From an uncultured Acidimicrobiaceae bacterium (GTDB lineage Bacteria > Actinomycetota > Acidimicrobiia > Acidimicrobiales > RAAP-2), in assembly GCA_963755655.1 (NCBI GenBank), contig CAVWKX010000002.1, positions 44,837-108,836 of the forward strand: a DNA stretch of 64,000 bases, written 5' to 3'. The translations under genes were made by a program, and so were the position numbers. The notes beneath the pieces are model-generated. The model ran no database searches. It saw only the letters and a program-made list of their open reading frames with translations, and had not been told where the DNA came from. Of this stretch, positions 18,119-29,669 are shown in pieces (the stretch's first letter is position 1; the number at the start of each line of letters is the position of its first letter).

Positions 18119-19287
18119 TCACAGGGCAGTCCGTGCGTCCATCGGGCCCTTGGCACCGCTCGGGAGCGGTCGCACCATCGCATCGACGGAGAAGGAAGCC
18201 ACCAGCGCGCCGTCGAGGTCGTAGACCCGGTTCTCGGCGTGGGTCGTCCCGGCCCCGGCGAATGTCGAGTGGTGGTGATAGAGCAGCCAGTCGTCGACCT
18301 TGACCGGACCGTAGAACGACAAGCTGATGCTGTTGATCGCCATGGAGAGCGTGCGGTGCGCCTGATCCTGGCTGACGCCTTCGTGCGGCCGCAAGGCAGC
18401 GGCGATCGACATGTGGCCCGTGAACTGCGCCAGCAGGCCGGCGTGGAGGGCGGGGTCGTCCGGGACGTGGCGGAAGCGAACCCAGGCGTCGACGGTGGGC
18501 GGCCCGACCGGCCCGTCCTGTTCGCTCGAATAGCCGCCGTCGACCACTCTGATGTCGCGCCCGGTCACTGCCCATATCGTACGGGGGGCACTCGTAGGGT
18601 CCCGGGCACGTCCGGAGCATCGGCGGCGTGGCGGACGACGTCGTCTGAGGGCGTGTCGAGGAGCACCGTGCCCGCGGCGCAGAGACGCCCTCCTTGAAGC
18701 ACCTGGACCGAGAGGGCGGCGAACGTGCGACCCGGAGCTGAGCTCGACTGCAACTCGAACTGGAGCGGCTGACGGGCATCGGCCGACGCGCAACAACATT
18801 ATGGTGGCCGACATGACCCGGCGCCCCGGGGCATGCCGGCTGGCGGCGACGATGGCCTGCCCGAGCATCTGGCTGCCCTCGACGACGGGTCGTCGCTCGT
18901 CGCTCCGGGCGACACCGAAGAAGGTGAGCCCGTCGTCAGCGGGACGGACATCCATGACGTCGACGAGATGCGCGGCATCGCCCCAGGTCGGGAACCGCTT
19001 CACCGTTACGTCGTGGGCAGCATCGCCCTCGACCTCGTCGCTGACCTCAATCCGTACCCGGTCCTGATCGAAGGCCGCGTGGTCGGCCAGCTCCGGGAGC
19101 GGCTTCGGCCGGCAGGACGCAGCCGGACCAAGCCCTCCGAGACTCCTCGAAGTCGATGTCGGCGAAGGGGAAAGTAGAGGACGGGGAGCGCGCCGGGAGC
19201 CTCGGCACACAGGCACCGATCGGACTGCGCCACGATCCGTCCGTCCCACCAGGCGCTCGCTCGGTACGGGTAGCGATCGATCTTCAT
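18119..19287 (-). pseudogene. DUF427-like N-terminus fused to acyl-CoA thioesterase II (TesB-like), at least 3 frameshifts
   Basis: Pieces lie in three frames: MKIDRYPYRASAWWDGRIVAQSD...VLYFP, then FADIDFEES, then RFPTWGDAAHL...VVEGSQMLGQAIVAA. Segment GRTFAALSVQVLQGGRL appears in ORF 18565..18753. The C-terminal double-hotdog tail is in ORF 18119..19249. Confidence 0.7.
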
Positions 19288-19310
19288 GCCCGAGACGAGA
19301 AGGGCTCAGC

Positions 19311-20054
19311 TCATCCGGCGGGGCGGGGCGCGACCGTCACCGACGAGATGGCGACGCCGCCGTGGTGGAGGACCGTGTCGACGACGCTGATGAGATCCTC
19401 AATGCCGACGAACGAGCCGCTCATGTAGTTGCGTGCGAACCACAGCGGCATCACCTCGGCCGCCAGATCCTGATCCCAACCGTCGGCGAACCCGGGCACC
19501 GAGTCGCCTTCGCCACCCATGCACTCACCGACGATGACCCGGCTGAACCCGACCGTCGGGTGCTCGGCCCTCCAGGCCTCGACGAGCTTGTCGAGGGCCG
19601 CCTTGCTGACCGCGTAGGCGCCCAGGCCAGGCCACGGGGGAGTCACCGACGCGCTCACCGACGAGAGGTAGACGGCAGTGCCGGAGGAGTCGGTGAGATG
19701 AGGGAGTGCCGCCGCCGTCACCAGTGCGGCGCCGATCACGTTCGTGTCGAAGACATGCCGCCACGTGTCCGCGTCCATGTCGGCGAGACGGACGAGGGGG
19801 CCGACACCGGGCGCGTACACCAGGGCGTCGATGCCGCCGAGTCCGTCGGCGGCCTCGTTCAGCGCGGATCGGCAGGAATCGGTGTCGGTCACGTCACAGG
19901 TGATGGCCAACGTCCCCGGGCCTGCCTCCTTGGCGGCCCCTTCGAGTCGCTGCTGCCGGCGTGCGAGCAAGGCCGTCTGCGCACCACGCTGGGCGAGCCC
20001 GATACCGATGCACCGCCCGAGTCCACTCGATGCTCCTACGACGACCGTGCGCAC
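19311..20054 (-). CDS. short-chain dehydrogenase/reductase (SDR)
   Basis: GTG 20054 lies 5 nt after GAGGAGGGG. Motifs VGASSGLG (cofactor binding) and YAVSKAAL (YxxxK). Confidence 0.85.
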   Translation of the reverse strand: MRTVVVGASSGLGRCIGIGLAQRGAQTALLARRQQRLEGAAKEAGPGTLAITCDVTDTDSCRSALNEAADGLGGIDALVYAPGVGPLVRLADMDADTWRHVFDTNVIGAALVTAAALPHLTDSSGTAVYLSSVSASVTPPWPGLGAYAVSKAALDKLVEAWRAEHPTVGFSRVIVGECMGGEGDSVPGFADGWDQDLAAEVMPLWFARNYMSGSFVGIEDLISVVDTVLHHGGVAISSVTVAPRPAG

Positions 20055-20275
20055 TGCCCCTCCTCGGATTCGGCTGACGGCGATGTTAGACAACTTTGGC
20101 CGTGTTCGACTCAACGGGCGCCCGTCGACCCGGTGCCCGCGTCGCGGTCGACAGGGTGATCAAGCGGTCACCGCGGGCGGCCCGGGTGGGTCTTCGCTCG
20201 AAGGGTAGATTGACGTGAGTGTTAGATCCTGGCTGGACCGGTTCCTTCGCTCGCCATCCTCGCCGCCTGGTCGGT

Positions 20276-20332
20276 GAGAGCGACGCGACCCCGCCCCGGG
20301 GGGTCAAGGGGACGCGGGGCCGAGTCGCTCTC
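20276..20332. other. 57-nt extended imperfect hairpin in the SDR/rhamnosidase divergent intergenic region
   Basis: GAGAGCGAC (20276-84) pairs with GTCGCTCTC (20324-32). Nested inside, CCCCGC (20289-94) pairs with GCGGGG (20314-19). Confidence 0.4.
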
Positions 20333-20411
20333 TTGAGGTTGCCATCCCGTCGTTGCAACACCGTTTCGATTGGCGCGCTGCCCTGTTCGGAATGCCGTAA
20401 GAAGGCCGTAA

Positions 20412-23027
20412 GTGACCCGCGGTCCTGATCCTCGGAGGTCCCCACCCGGGCACCGACCGACCAGTCTCGCGGTCGAGCACCTCGGGGCGGCAGTCCTCGG
20501 ACTGGGCGATCGGCTGCCGCGGTTGTCGTGGCAACTGCCTCCTGGCGCGACCAAGCAGGAGGCGTACACCGTCGAGATCGACGGCCGCTCCTCCGACCGG
20601 GTGGAATCCGATGCCTGCGTTCTGCGTCCCCTGGCCCGGGGAATCCATTGACGTCCGCGGCAACGGATCGTCTGGCGGGTAAAGGTCTGGACCGACGGCA
20701 CCGAGAGCGACTGGTCCTCTTCGGCCTGGTTCGAGACCGGACTGCTCGACCGCGGCGGACTGGACCGCTCGTTTCATCGAGCCCGTGGAGACCGAGCGCT
20801 CGGCCCACCTGCTGCGCCACACGTTCGGGCTCGGCGTACCACCTGCGCAGGCCAGGCTCTACGCCACGGCGCACGGGATCTACGAGACGTTCCTCAACGG
20901 CCGGCGCGTCGGCGACGTGGAACTGGCGCCAGGTTTCACCAGTTACCCAACCACGCTCCACGTCCAGGCATACGACGTCGGAGCGCTGCTGGTGCGGGGC
21001 GACAACATCTGGGAGGTCGTCCTCTCGGACGGCTGGTGGCGCGGCCGAGTCGGCTTCTTCCAGTCCGTCGACGGCTTCGGCAGCACGCTCGCTTTTCTCG
21101 GGCAGCTCCACGCGGACGAAATCGTCGTCGCCACCGGCGGCGATTGGGAGTCCTCCAAGGGAGCGCTGCTGGCCGCCGACCTCATGGCAGGGCAGTTCGA
21201 GGACCACCGGACCCGGCCCGAGGCCTGGCAGCCCGTGACGGTCGCCGACCACGACCTGGGCTCCCTGGCCTACTCCCCGGCACCGCCGACGCGCCGGGTA
21301 CAGGAGCTCCGACCCGTTGCCGTCACCCGAGCCAGTCCCGATCGCCAGGTGGTCGACCTCGGGCAGAACATCAACGGCTGGCTGCGCCTGAGCGACGTGG
21401 GGCAGCGCGACACGGAGCTGACGATCGTGCTACGGCGAGGCCCTCGACCCGTCGGGCGACGTCACGCAAGACCACCTTTCGCCCGACCTCTTCGGAAATG
21501 GCATGCAGGTCGGCATGGTCGATCGAGTCGTCGCGGCCGGCAGCCCTGGGGAGGTATTCGAACCGCGGCAGACGACACACGGCTTCCAGTACGCCGCGCA
21601 TCGAGGGCCACTCCGGTCGACTCACGCCCGACGACGTCACCGGCGTGGTCGTCCACACGGACCTGCAGCGCACGGGCTGGTTCCGCTGCAGCGACGATCG
21701 GCTCAACCGGCTGCACGACATCACGGAGTGGTCGTTCCGCGACAACGCCTGCGAGATCCCAACCGACTGTCCCCAGCGCGAGCGGGCCGGCTGGACCGGA
21801 GACTGGCAGTTGTTCGTGCCCGACCGGGGCCTTCCTCTACGACGTCGCGGGCTTCTCCGTCAAATGGCTGCGGGACGTGGCGGCGGAACAGCTCGACGAT
21901 GGGCGGATCACCAACTACGCGCCGGACCCGCTACGGCAACGGGTGGGGAGTACGGTGCGATGGCCGCAGATGCAGGGGTCGTCCGGCTGGGGTGACGCCA
22001 TCGTGATGGTCCCGTGGGAGCTCTGGCGTGCCTACGGCGACCACGACGTGCTGGCCGAATTCTGGCCATCCATGGTCGTCGTGGGTGGATTTCGCGGCGC
22101 GGGCGGCGCGCACGCACCGTCACCCGAGCCGCGAGGCGGCTCGCCCGGAGCCGGCGCCGCACGAAGCGTTCATCTGGGATGGGACCTACCACTGGGGCGA
22201 GTGGCTCGAGCCGGGTGCGCAGCCCCACGACCACGTGCAAGCTGGACCAGGGCTCCGTCGCCACTGCGTTCCTGCACCACTCCGCCGCATTGGGCGCCCG
22301 CATCGGCCGCCTGCTCGGCCATGACGCTGAGGCAAGGCGCTTCGACGACCTGGCGGCGAACGTCTTGGAAGCGTGGCGGACGGAGTTCATCGGACCGGGC
22401 GGCGCCCTCACTCCGGACACCCAGGCCAACCACGTCCGCGCCCTGGCCTTCGGCCTCGTTCCCGACGAGTTGCGCGCGCGGACAGCGGAGCGGCTGGTGG
22501 AGCTGATCCGCGCCGCCGGCACCCATCTCGGCACGGGGTTCCTCGCCACGCCCTACCTCTTGCCGGTGCTGGCGGACACCGATCACCTCGACGTCGCGTA
22601 CGAGTTGCTGTTGCAGGACACGCCGCCTTCGTGGCTGGCCATGGTCGAACGTGGGGCGACGACGGTTTGGGAGTCGTGGGAAGGCATCGACGAGGACGGA
22701 CGCCCGCACGACTCGCTGAACCACTACAGCAAGGGGGCAGTGATCTCCTTCCTGCACAATTACACCGCCGGCATCGCTGTCCTCGACGGCCAACCCGCCT
22801 ACCGCCGCTTTCGTGTCGAGCCCCGTCCCGGGGGCGGGATCACCTGGGCCGAGGCGGTGCACGACTCGCCCTACGGGCGGATCGAGTCTTCCTGGCACGG
22901 CGATGGGTCGAGGTTTCACCTCACGGTGACCGCACCGCCAGGGACGGTGGCCGAGGTCGTGTTGCCCGACGGCTCCCTCCGTGAGCAGGGACCGGGCACC
23001 GTGACCTATGAATCCCGGCTCACTTGA
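20412..23027 (+). pseudogene. alpha-L-rhamnosidase (GH78), at least 9 frame changes
   Basis: Family-typical blocks are spread over all three + frames: PRLSWQLP, VKVWTDGTESDWSSSAWFETGLL, LYATAHGIYETFLNGRRVGD, IPTDCPQRERAGWTGDW, GWGDAIVMVPWELW, HLGTGFLATPYLLPVL, TTVWESWEG. Confidence 0.8.
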
Positions 23028-23076
23028 GGGTGCCGCGGGGTCTCGGCCTTCTGGCGCCGACTCCGGATTCCTCGGA

Positions 23077-23090
23077 TGCGAGCGCTAACA
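23077..23090. promoter_or_regulatory. LacI-type CG-centred operator candidate TGCGAGCGCTAACA
   Basis: Lies 42 nt upstream of ATG 23132. Resembles the sites at 30513 and 47994. Confidence 0.3.
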
Positions 23091-23131
23091 TGGCGGATGC
23101 GCGCACCTGAGGTGTGCCGAAAGGGGGCAGC

Positions 23132-24269
23132 ATGTCGAAGACGCCATCATTTCGGTGGACGGGCACGTCAGGGCCTCACGGAGCGACTACCGGAACTACG
23201 TCGAGAAGCGATTCCTCGACGCCTTCGATGACTGGGCCAGGGCGGAAGAGGCAGCGGGCGCGCCCGAGAGCGGCAATCTGAGCGCGGGACTGGACCCGAC
23301 ATCGCAGTGGGATTCGGAACTCCGCCTGAAGGACATGGAGAGCCAGGGCGTTGTTGCCGAGGTGCTCTTCCCGAACGGACTGCCCTTCCAGGCGAGGCCG
23401 GCGGACGACGTGGGCTCGTTCTCGGACCCCGAGATAGATCGGCAGGCCCGTCTCGCTTACAACCGCTGGCTGGCCGACTTCTGCGCGCAGACGCCGGGTC
23501 GCCGTGCCGGGCAGGCGTTGATTTCGTTCGACGACGTCGATCTGGCCGTGAGGGACATTCACTGGGCGAAGGAGCAGGGCCTGGGCGGCGTCATGATGCC
23601 CGCCCTGCTTCCCGGTGGAACCTTCTTCTTCGATCCCGCGCTCGATCCGGTTTGGTCCGCGTGCGTGGACGTCGACCTCCCGATCAGCCAACACGGTGGG
23701 ACGGGTGCGCCGACCTACGGCCCTCCGGGCTTCGGCGCCATCATGACATTGGCCCTCGAGCACTCCTTCTACTCGGGCCGCTCGCTCTGGCAGATGATCC
23801 TCGGTGGGGTGTTCGAGCGCTTCCCGGATCTCCGGGTGGCGTTCGTCGAGACCGAGGCCGATTGGATCGCCCCGGTCATCCGGAAATTGGACCGCCGCCT
23901 CAGCTGGGGCGACGACTGGACCGGGTGGGCCGCCACCATGCAGCGCATGCGGCAGTTCGCCGGTCGGCCCGCGACTACTGGGCGGCCAATTGCTTCGCCG
24001 GGATCTCGCCCTTCACCGACGAGCAGGTTCCCCTGCAGGAACTTGCCCGGCCGAGCGCCGAGTACGACGCATTCGCCATCGGTTGTGACAACGCCATGTT
24101 CGGCGTGGACTACCCGCACTTCGAGTCGGTGTTCCCCGAGACCAAGGTCGCAGGTGGACGCGCTGGTGTCGCATCCGTCCATCACGGCCGAGGTGTCCCG
24201 GAAAATCATGTGCGGGAATGCGGCGCGCTGTACGGCTTCGACGTGGATGCCCTGCGACCTGCATGCTGA
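23132..24269 (+). pseudogene. amidohydrolase-2 family protein, about 4 frameshifts
   Basis: ATG 23132 follows AAGGGGG, then the frame shifts within the first codons to AIISVDGHV. Later shifts occur near 23960, 24150 and 24225. The VDYPHFES motif is present. Confidence 0.75.
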
Positions 24270-24310
24270 GCGAGTCGGCTTCGACATCGAGTCCTCCGGG
24301 CGGTCCTCGT

Positions 24311-25569
24311 CTACCCGCTGCCCGTAGCCGTCAGTCCAGCGCGTTGCGCCGCAGCCACCTGACCGAGCCAGCGGGCCGACGGTTTGACCGTCCGGGCGAA
24401 CGTCTCATGGTCGAATGCGATGAGCCCGAACGTCTTGGCATAGCCGGCATTCCATTCGAAGTTGTCCAGCAGCGTCCAGTGGACGTAGCCGCGCACGTCG
24501 ACTCCGTCCTCCACGCACTCCGCCAGACCCTTGAGAGCGGCGCGGGTGTAGGCGAGCCTCGCCGCATCGTCGTCGGTCGCCATGCCGTTCTCGGTCACGA
24601 GGACGGGCACGCCGGCGTGTTCCGCGGCGAGGCGGACCGTGTGGCCGAGTGCTTCGGGGTAGACCTCCCATCCCGGTCTGCATGGTGGCCACCCCTTCGG
24701 AGACCGGGAGCTGGCCTTCCGGCCCGATGCGGGTCCGGCTGTAGGTCTGCACCCCGACGAAGTCGTCGTCGGCCGAGACGGCGAGCCAGTCGGTCTGACC
24801 CAGCCGGCGCGCCTCGCTGCCAGCGCTCCTCTCCGCCCTCCGCCGGCTGCAGGTCGACGAGCGCCAGGGTCCATCCCGTCTTGACGGTCCCGGTCGTCGA
24901 CTTGATCGCCTCGACCGCCCGTCGGTGTGCGTCGGCCATCTGCTCGAGGCCGGCCGCCACGATCCCCATCCGATAGCGGGACGGGTCGTACCCCCCGACG
25001 CCACCGTGTCTCTCCTCCACGGGCTCCGCTGCGGGCGGGCGGTCTCCCGTCCCCATGGCGAGGACCCCGGTGCTCCGCATCATCGCCATCAGGTTGGGCT
25101 CGTTCAGCGTGCAGACCCAGGACAAGAGGTCACCGACGTGTTGGGTCACCCGAGCGGCGTAGGCGGCGAACCGCTCCGGCGCGTCCGCCGCGCTCCAACC
25201 TCCTCTTCCTGCCATCCAGCGAGGAACAGTGAAGTGGTTGTAAGTCACCACGGGCGTGACGCCCTGGTTCAGGCAGCTCTCGATCATCCGCTTGTAATGG
25301 TCGAGTGCGGCGCACGAGTAGAAGCCCGGCTCCGGTTCGATGCGTGACCACTCCAGGGAGAACCGGTACGCGTTGAGCCCGAGCTCGGCGAGCATCGCGA
25401 TGTCCTCGGGGTAGCGGTGGTAATGGTCGCAGGCGTCACCGGACGGTTCGTTGAACGTGGAGTCCGTGGCCCACTCCATGGGCCACAGGTCGGCGTTCAC
25501 GTTTCCTCCTTCGACCTGGTGTCCGGCCGTCGCCGCGCCCCAGAGAAAGTCGTCCGGAAAAGATGTCAT
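24311..25569 (-). pseudogene. GH1 beta-glucosidase, at least 2 frameshifts (near 24820 and 24675)
   Basis: MTSFPDDFLWGAATAGHQVEGG, TLNEPN (acid/base) and VTENG (nucleophile) lie in different frames (ORFs 24595..25635, 24405..25004, 24311..24874). Confidence 0.85.
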
Positions 25570-25629
25570 TGGGGTCCTTCCTGCGCGGCGGAGATTCGAA
25601 GAGAGCAGTGTGACACCCCAGAACACCCT

Positions 25630-25645
25630 ATGCAAAGCTTTGCAT
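25630..25645. promoter_or_regulatory. perfect 16-bp palindrome ATGCAAAGCTTTGCAT (LacI-family operator type)
   Basis: Lies 61 nt upstream of the beta-glucosidase start. The 14-bp core is identical to 56429-56442. Confidence 0.55.
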
Positions 25646-25797
25646 TCACGTCATTGCACGGATCGTAGCTGGGCTCGTGGCAGTCGGATGGAACCAAGTT
25701 CGAGCGGACATCAAAGTGTGTCTTCCTGTGCGACGGAGGCCTCCGACGAGCGCGCCGGTCGGAGCGCACTTCTGGGGCGACCGTCTAGCGTGCGCCC

Positions 25798-26307
25798 ATG
25801 GCCGAACCACGCCGGCTGAGTTTCGATCCGATCGCGGAAGCAGAGCGTCAATGGGGTCTGCATGGTTGGTCGGACGAAGCGCCGGGGATGGCTGTCGTGA
25901 CCTCCATCATGCGGTTGCAGCAGATCTTCCTGGCGCGGGCAGATGCCGTTCTTCGCCCGCTGGGCCTCACCTTCGCCCGCTACGAGGTGCTCATGCTGTT
26001 GTCGTTCTCGCGTCGGGGCGTCTTGCCCTTGGGCAAGATCGGTGAGCGCCTGCAGGTCAATCCCGCCAGCGTGACCAACGCGGTCGACCGCCTGGAGGCC
26101 GACGGCATGGTCACCCGCCGGTCAAATCCCGAGGACGGACGGGGGCGGCTGGCCTCCCTGACAGATGCCGGACGGCGGAGCGCCGCGGTGGCCACGGATG
26201 CCATGAACGAGCAGGTCTTCTCGGACATCGGGCTGGCTTCGCCGACGGTGCCGCAGCTCTTCGAGCTCCTGGCAGAGCTCCGTGGTGCCGCCGGGGACTT
26301 CGAATAG
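25798..26307 (+). CDS. MarR family transcriptional regulator
   Basis: 169 aa. Winged-helix region is LGKIGERLQVNPASVTNAVDRLEADGMVTR. TAGCGT lies 6 nt upstream of the ATG, suggesting a leaderless transcript. Confidence 0.85.
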   Translation: MAEPRRLSFDPIAEAERQWGLHGWSDEAPGMAVVTSIMRLQQIFLARADAVLRPLGLTFARYEVLMLLSFSRRGVLPLGKIGERLQVNPASVTNAVDRLEADGMVTRRSNPEDGRGRLASLTDAGRRSAAVATDAMNEQVFSDIGLASPTVPQLFELLAELRGAAGDFE

Positions 26308-26323
26308 GGAGCCTGGAAACTAG

Positions 26324-26340
26324 TTTGACGTTGAAGTAAT

Positions 26341-26342
<2 letters not shown>
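26324..26342. promoter_or_regulatory. TTTGACGTTGAAGT motif abutting a TAATAT -10-like hexamer
   Basis: 12 of 14 positions are identical to 56500-56513. TAATAT (26337-42) lies 7 nt before the second ATG (26350). Confidence 0.4.
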
Positions 26343-27978
<1,636 letters not shown>

Positions 27979-27985
27979 TGCCCCT

Positions 27986-28048
27986 CGCCGGCCTGGTGCT
28001 GCCGTGGGCACACCGCTGGGACCGGGCAGCCCGCGACGGCGGCCGGCG
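27986..28048 (+). other. nested GC-rich stem-loop between the mutase and ferredoxin genes
   Basis: CGCCGGCC (27986-93) pairs with GGCCGGCG (28041-48). GCTGCC (27998-28003) pairs with GGCAGC (28025-30). Confidence 0.3.
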
Positions 28049-28099
28049 CCGGCTCTCGCATAGCCTCAGCCGATCACTCTGGAGTTGGAGGTAGTCCTG

Positions 28100-28291
28100 A
28101 TGCGTGTCGTGGTTGATTTCGATCTGTGCGAGAGCAACGCACTCTGCATGGGTCTGGCGCCCGAGGTCTTCGAGGTACGGGACGACGACCTGCTCTACGT
28201 GCTGGACGAGAACCCTCCCGAGGAGCTGCGCGAGAAGGTCATGGCTGCCGTCCGGGCCTGCCCCAAGGCTGCCATCTCCATAGAGGACTGA
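28100..28291 (+). CDS. small single-cluster ferredoxin
   Basis: 63 aa from ATG 28100 (GGAGG upstream). Cys pattern is DLCESNALC...ACP, typical of actinobacterial 3Fe-4S/4Fe-4S ferredoxins. Confidence 0.8.
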   Translation: MRVVVDFDLCESNALCMGLAPEVFEVRDDDLLYVLDENPPEELREKVMAAVRACPKAAISIED

Positions 28292-28327
28292 AGCAGCCCG
28301 GAGGGCCCTCCCCTCGGAGTGCGGTGG

Positions 28328-29585
28328 CTACCCCTGGACCGTGGTGGTGCCGGGCAGGTCGGTGCCGCAGAAGGGCTGGCTGGAGACGGCGACGAAGGAG
28401 GTCTTCTCCGCCTTCATGTACCACCCGCACGACTTCGGGAGGTCCTTGCCGAAGTCGTTCGTGTAGTTGATGTTCTCAGGGAGCAATCCGTTGGCGTTGT
28501 AGCTCTTGATGCTGCGCAGCGCCTTTATGACATCGGCGTGCGAGGCGGTCGGACCGGCCATCTGCAGGCCTTTGATCATCAGGTCGGCCCCGAGCCACGA
28601 CTCGTACTGGCTGAAGGACGGGAACTCGTTGCCGGTGAAGTGGGCGTACTTGTCGAGGGCCGCCTTCATCTGCTCGGTGCCGGCATTCGGGAGCGAGAAG
28701 GGGCGGAACGCGGTCTCGAAGTAGCCACCCTGGACGGCCTTCCAGGCCGGGGTGCCGATGACCTGGGAGTCGTACCCCGTCGGGAACACCATCACCTTCG
28801 GCTTGACGCCTTCCTGCTGCAGCGCCGTCGCCAAGGCGTCATTCGAGTTGTCGTCCAGGCCGGCGTAGTAGGCATTGCAGCCCGCCTTCTTGGCGGTGAG
28901 GGCGGGAGTGGTCATCGCCACGGACCCGAAGGGGATGGACGTGTCGAGCACACCCGACTTGCCGCCTGCGTGTTCGAACGACAGGTTGGTGCCGATGGCG
29001 GAGCGGCTCGACGAGGGCGAGATGCCATAGCCGTACGAGCAGACGACCGTGCCGCCGTGCGCCTTCATGAAGGCGCCGATGGCCGTGTTCACCGGGTACT
29101 TGGTGTCGAGGCTGCCGACGTCGGAGGCGAACATGTTCGTGAACCCTGGCGTGCCCCACTCCGGCCCGTCGAAGAAGCCGCCGGTCACGGGCAGGCCCGC
29201 CTGTTGGGGGTACTTGTCGGCCAGGAAGAACAGTGGGCTGATGGACACGATGCCCGCCGGATTCTTCGAGACGGCGTCCTGGACGGCCGTGGCGATCTCG
29301 GTCGGACTGGTCTGGTCGTCGAGGACAACGCCCGTGATCTTGTGGCCGTCGATGCCGCCCTCGGCGTTCTGCATGGCGATGCGGGCGTCGAAGCCCGCCG
29401 GCGCGTTGCTGAACTCGGACGAGCCTTCGCCCGTCAACGAGGTGATCATCACCAGGGTGATCGGTGAGCCCGACGCCGCCAGCGCTGGCAGTCCCGCCCG
29501 CCAGGCTGGTGACGCCGGCGCCCGCAGTGAACGCGAGCGCCGCCAGTGCCAATCTGCCCCGAATCTTGTTCGATACTGTCCCCAT
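28328..29585 (-). CDS. Liv-type (branched-chain amino acid family) ABC solute-binding protein; apparent frameshift inside the signal peptide near 29495
   Basis: ATG 29585 follows GGAAGGA and gives MGTVSNKIRGRLALAALAFTAGAG. The mature part (LPALAASGSPITLVMITSLTGEG...) continues in the frame of track ORF 28328..29644. Confidence 0.75.
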
Positions 29586-29669
29586 GGTGCGGTCCTTCCC
29601 TCCCCAGAAAGTGCCACCCGACCCCCCGTCGGGACCATAGGCATACACGTTCGGAGCGGGCTGTGTGGG

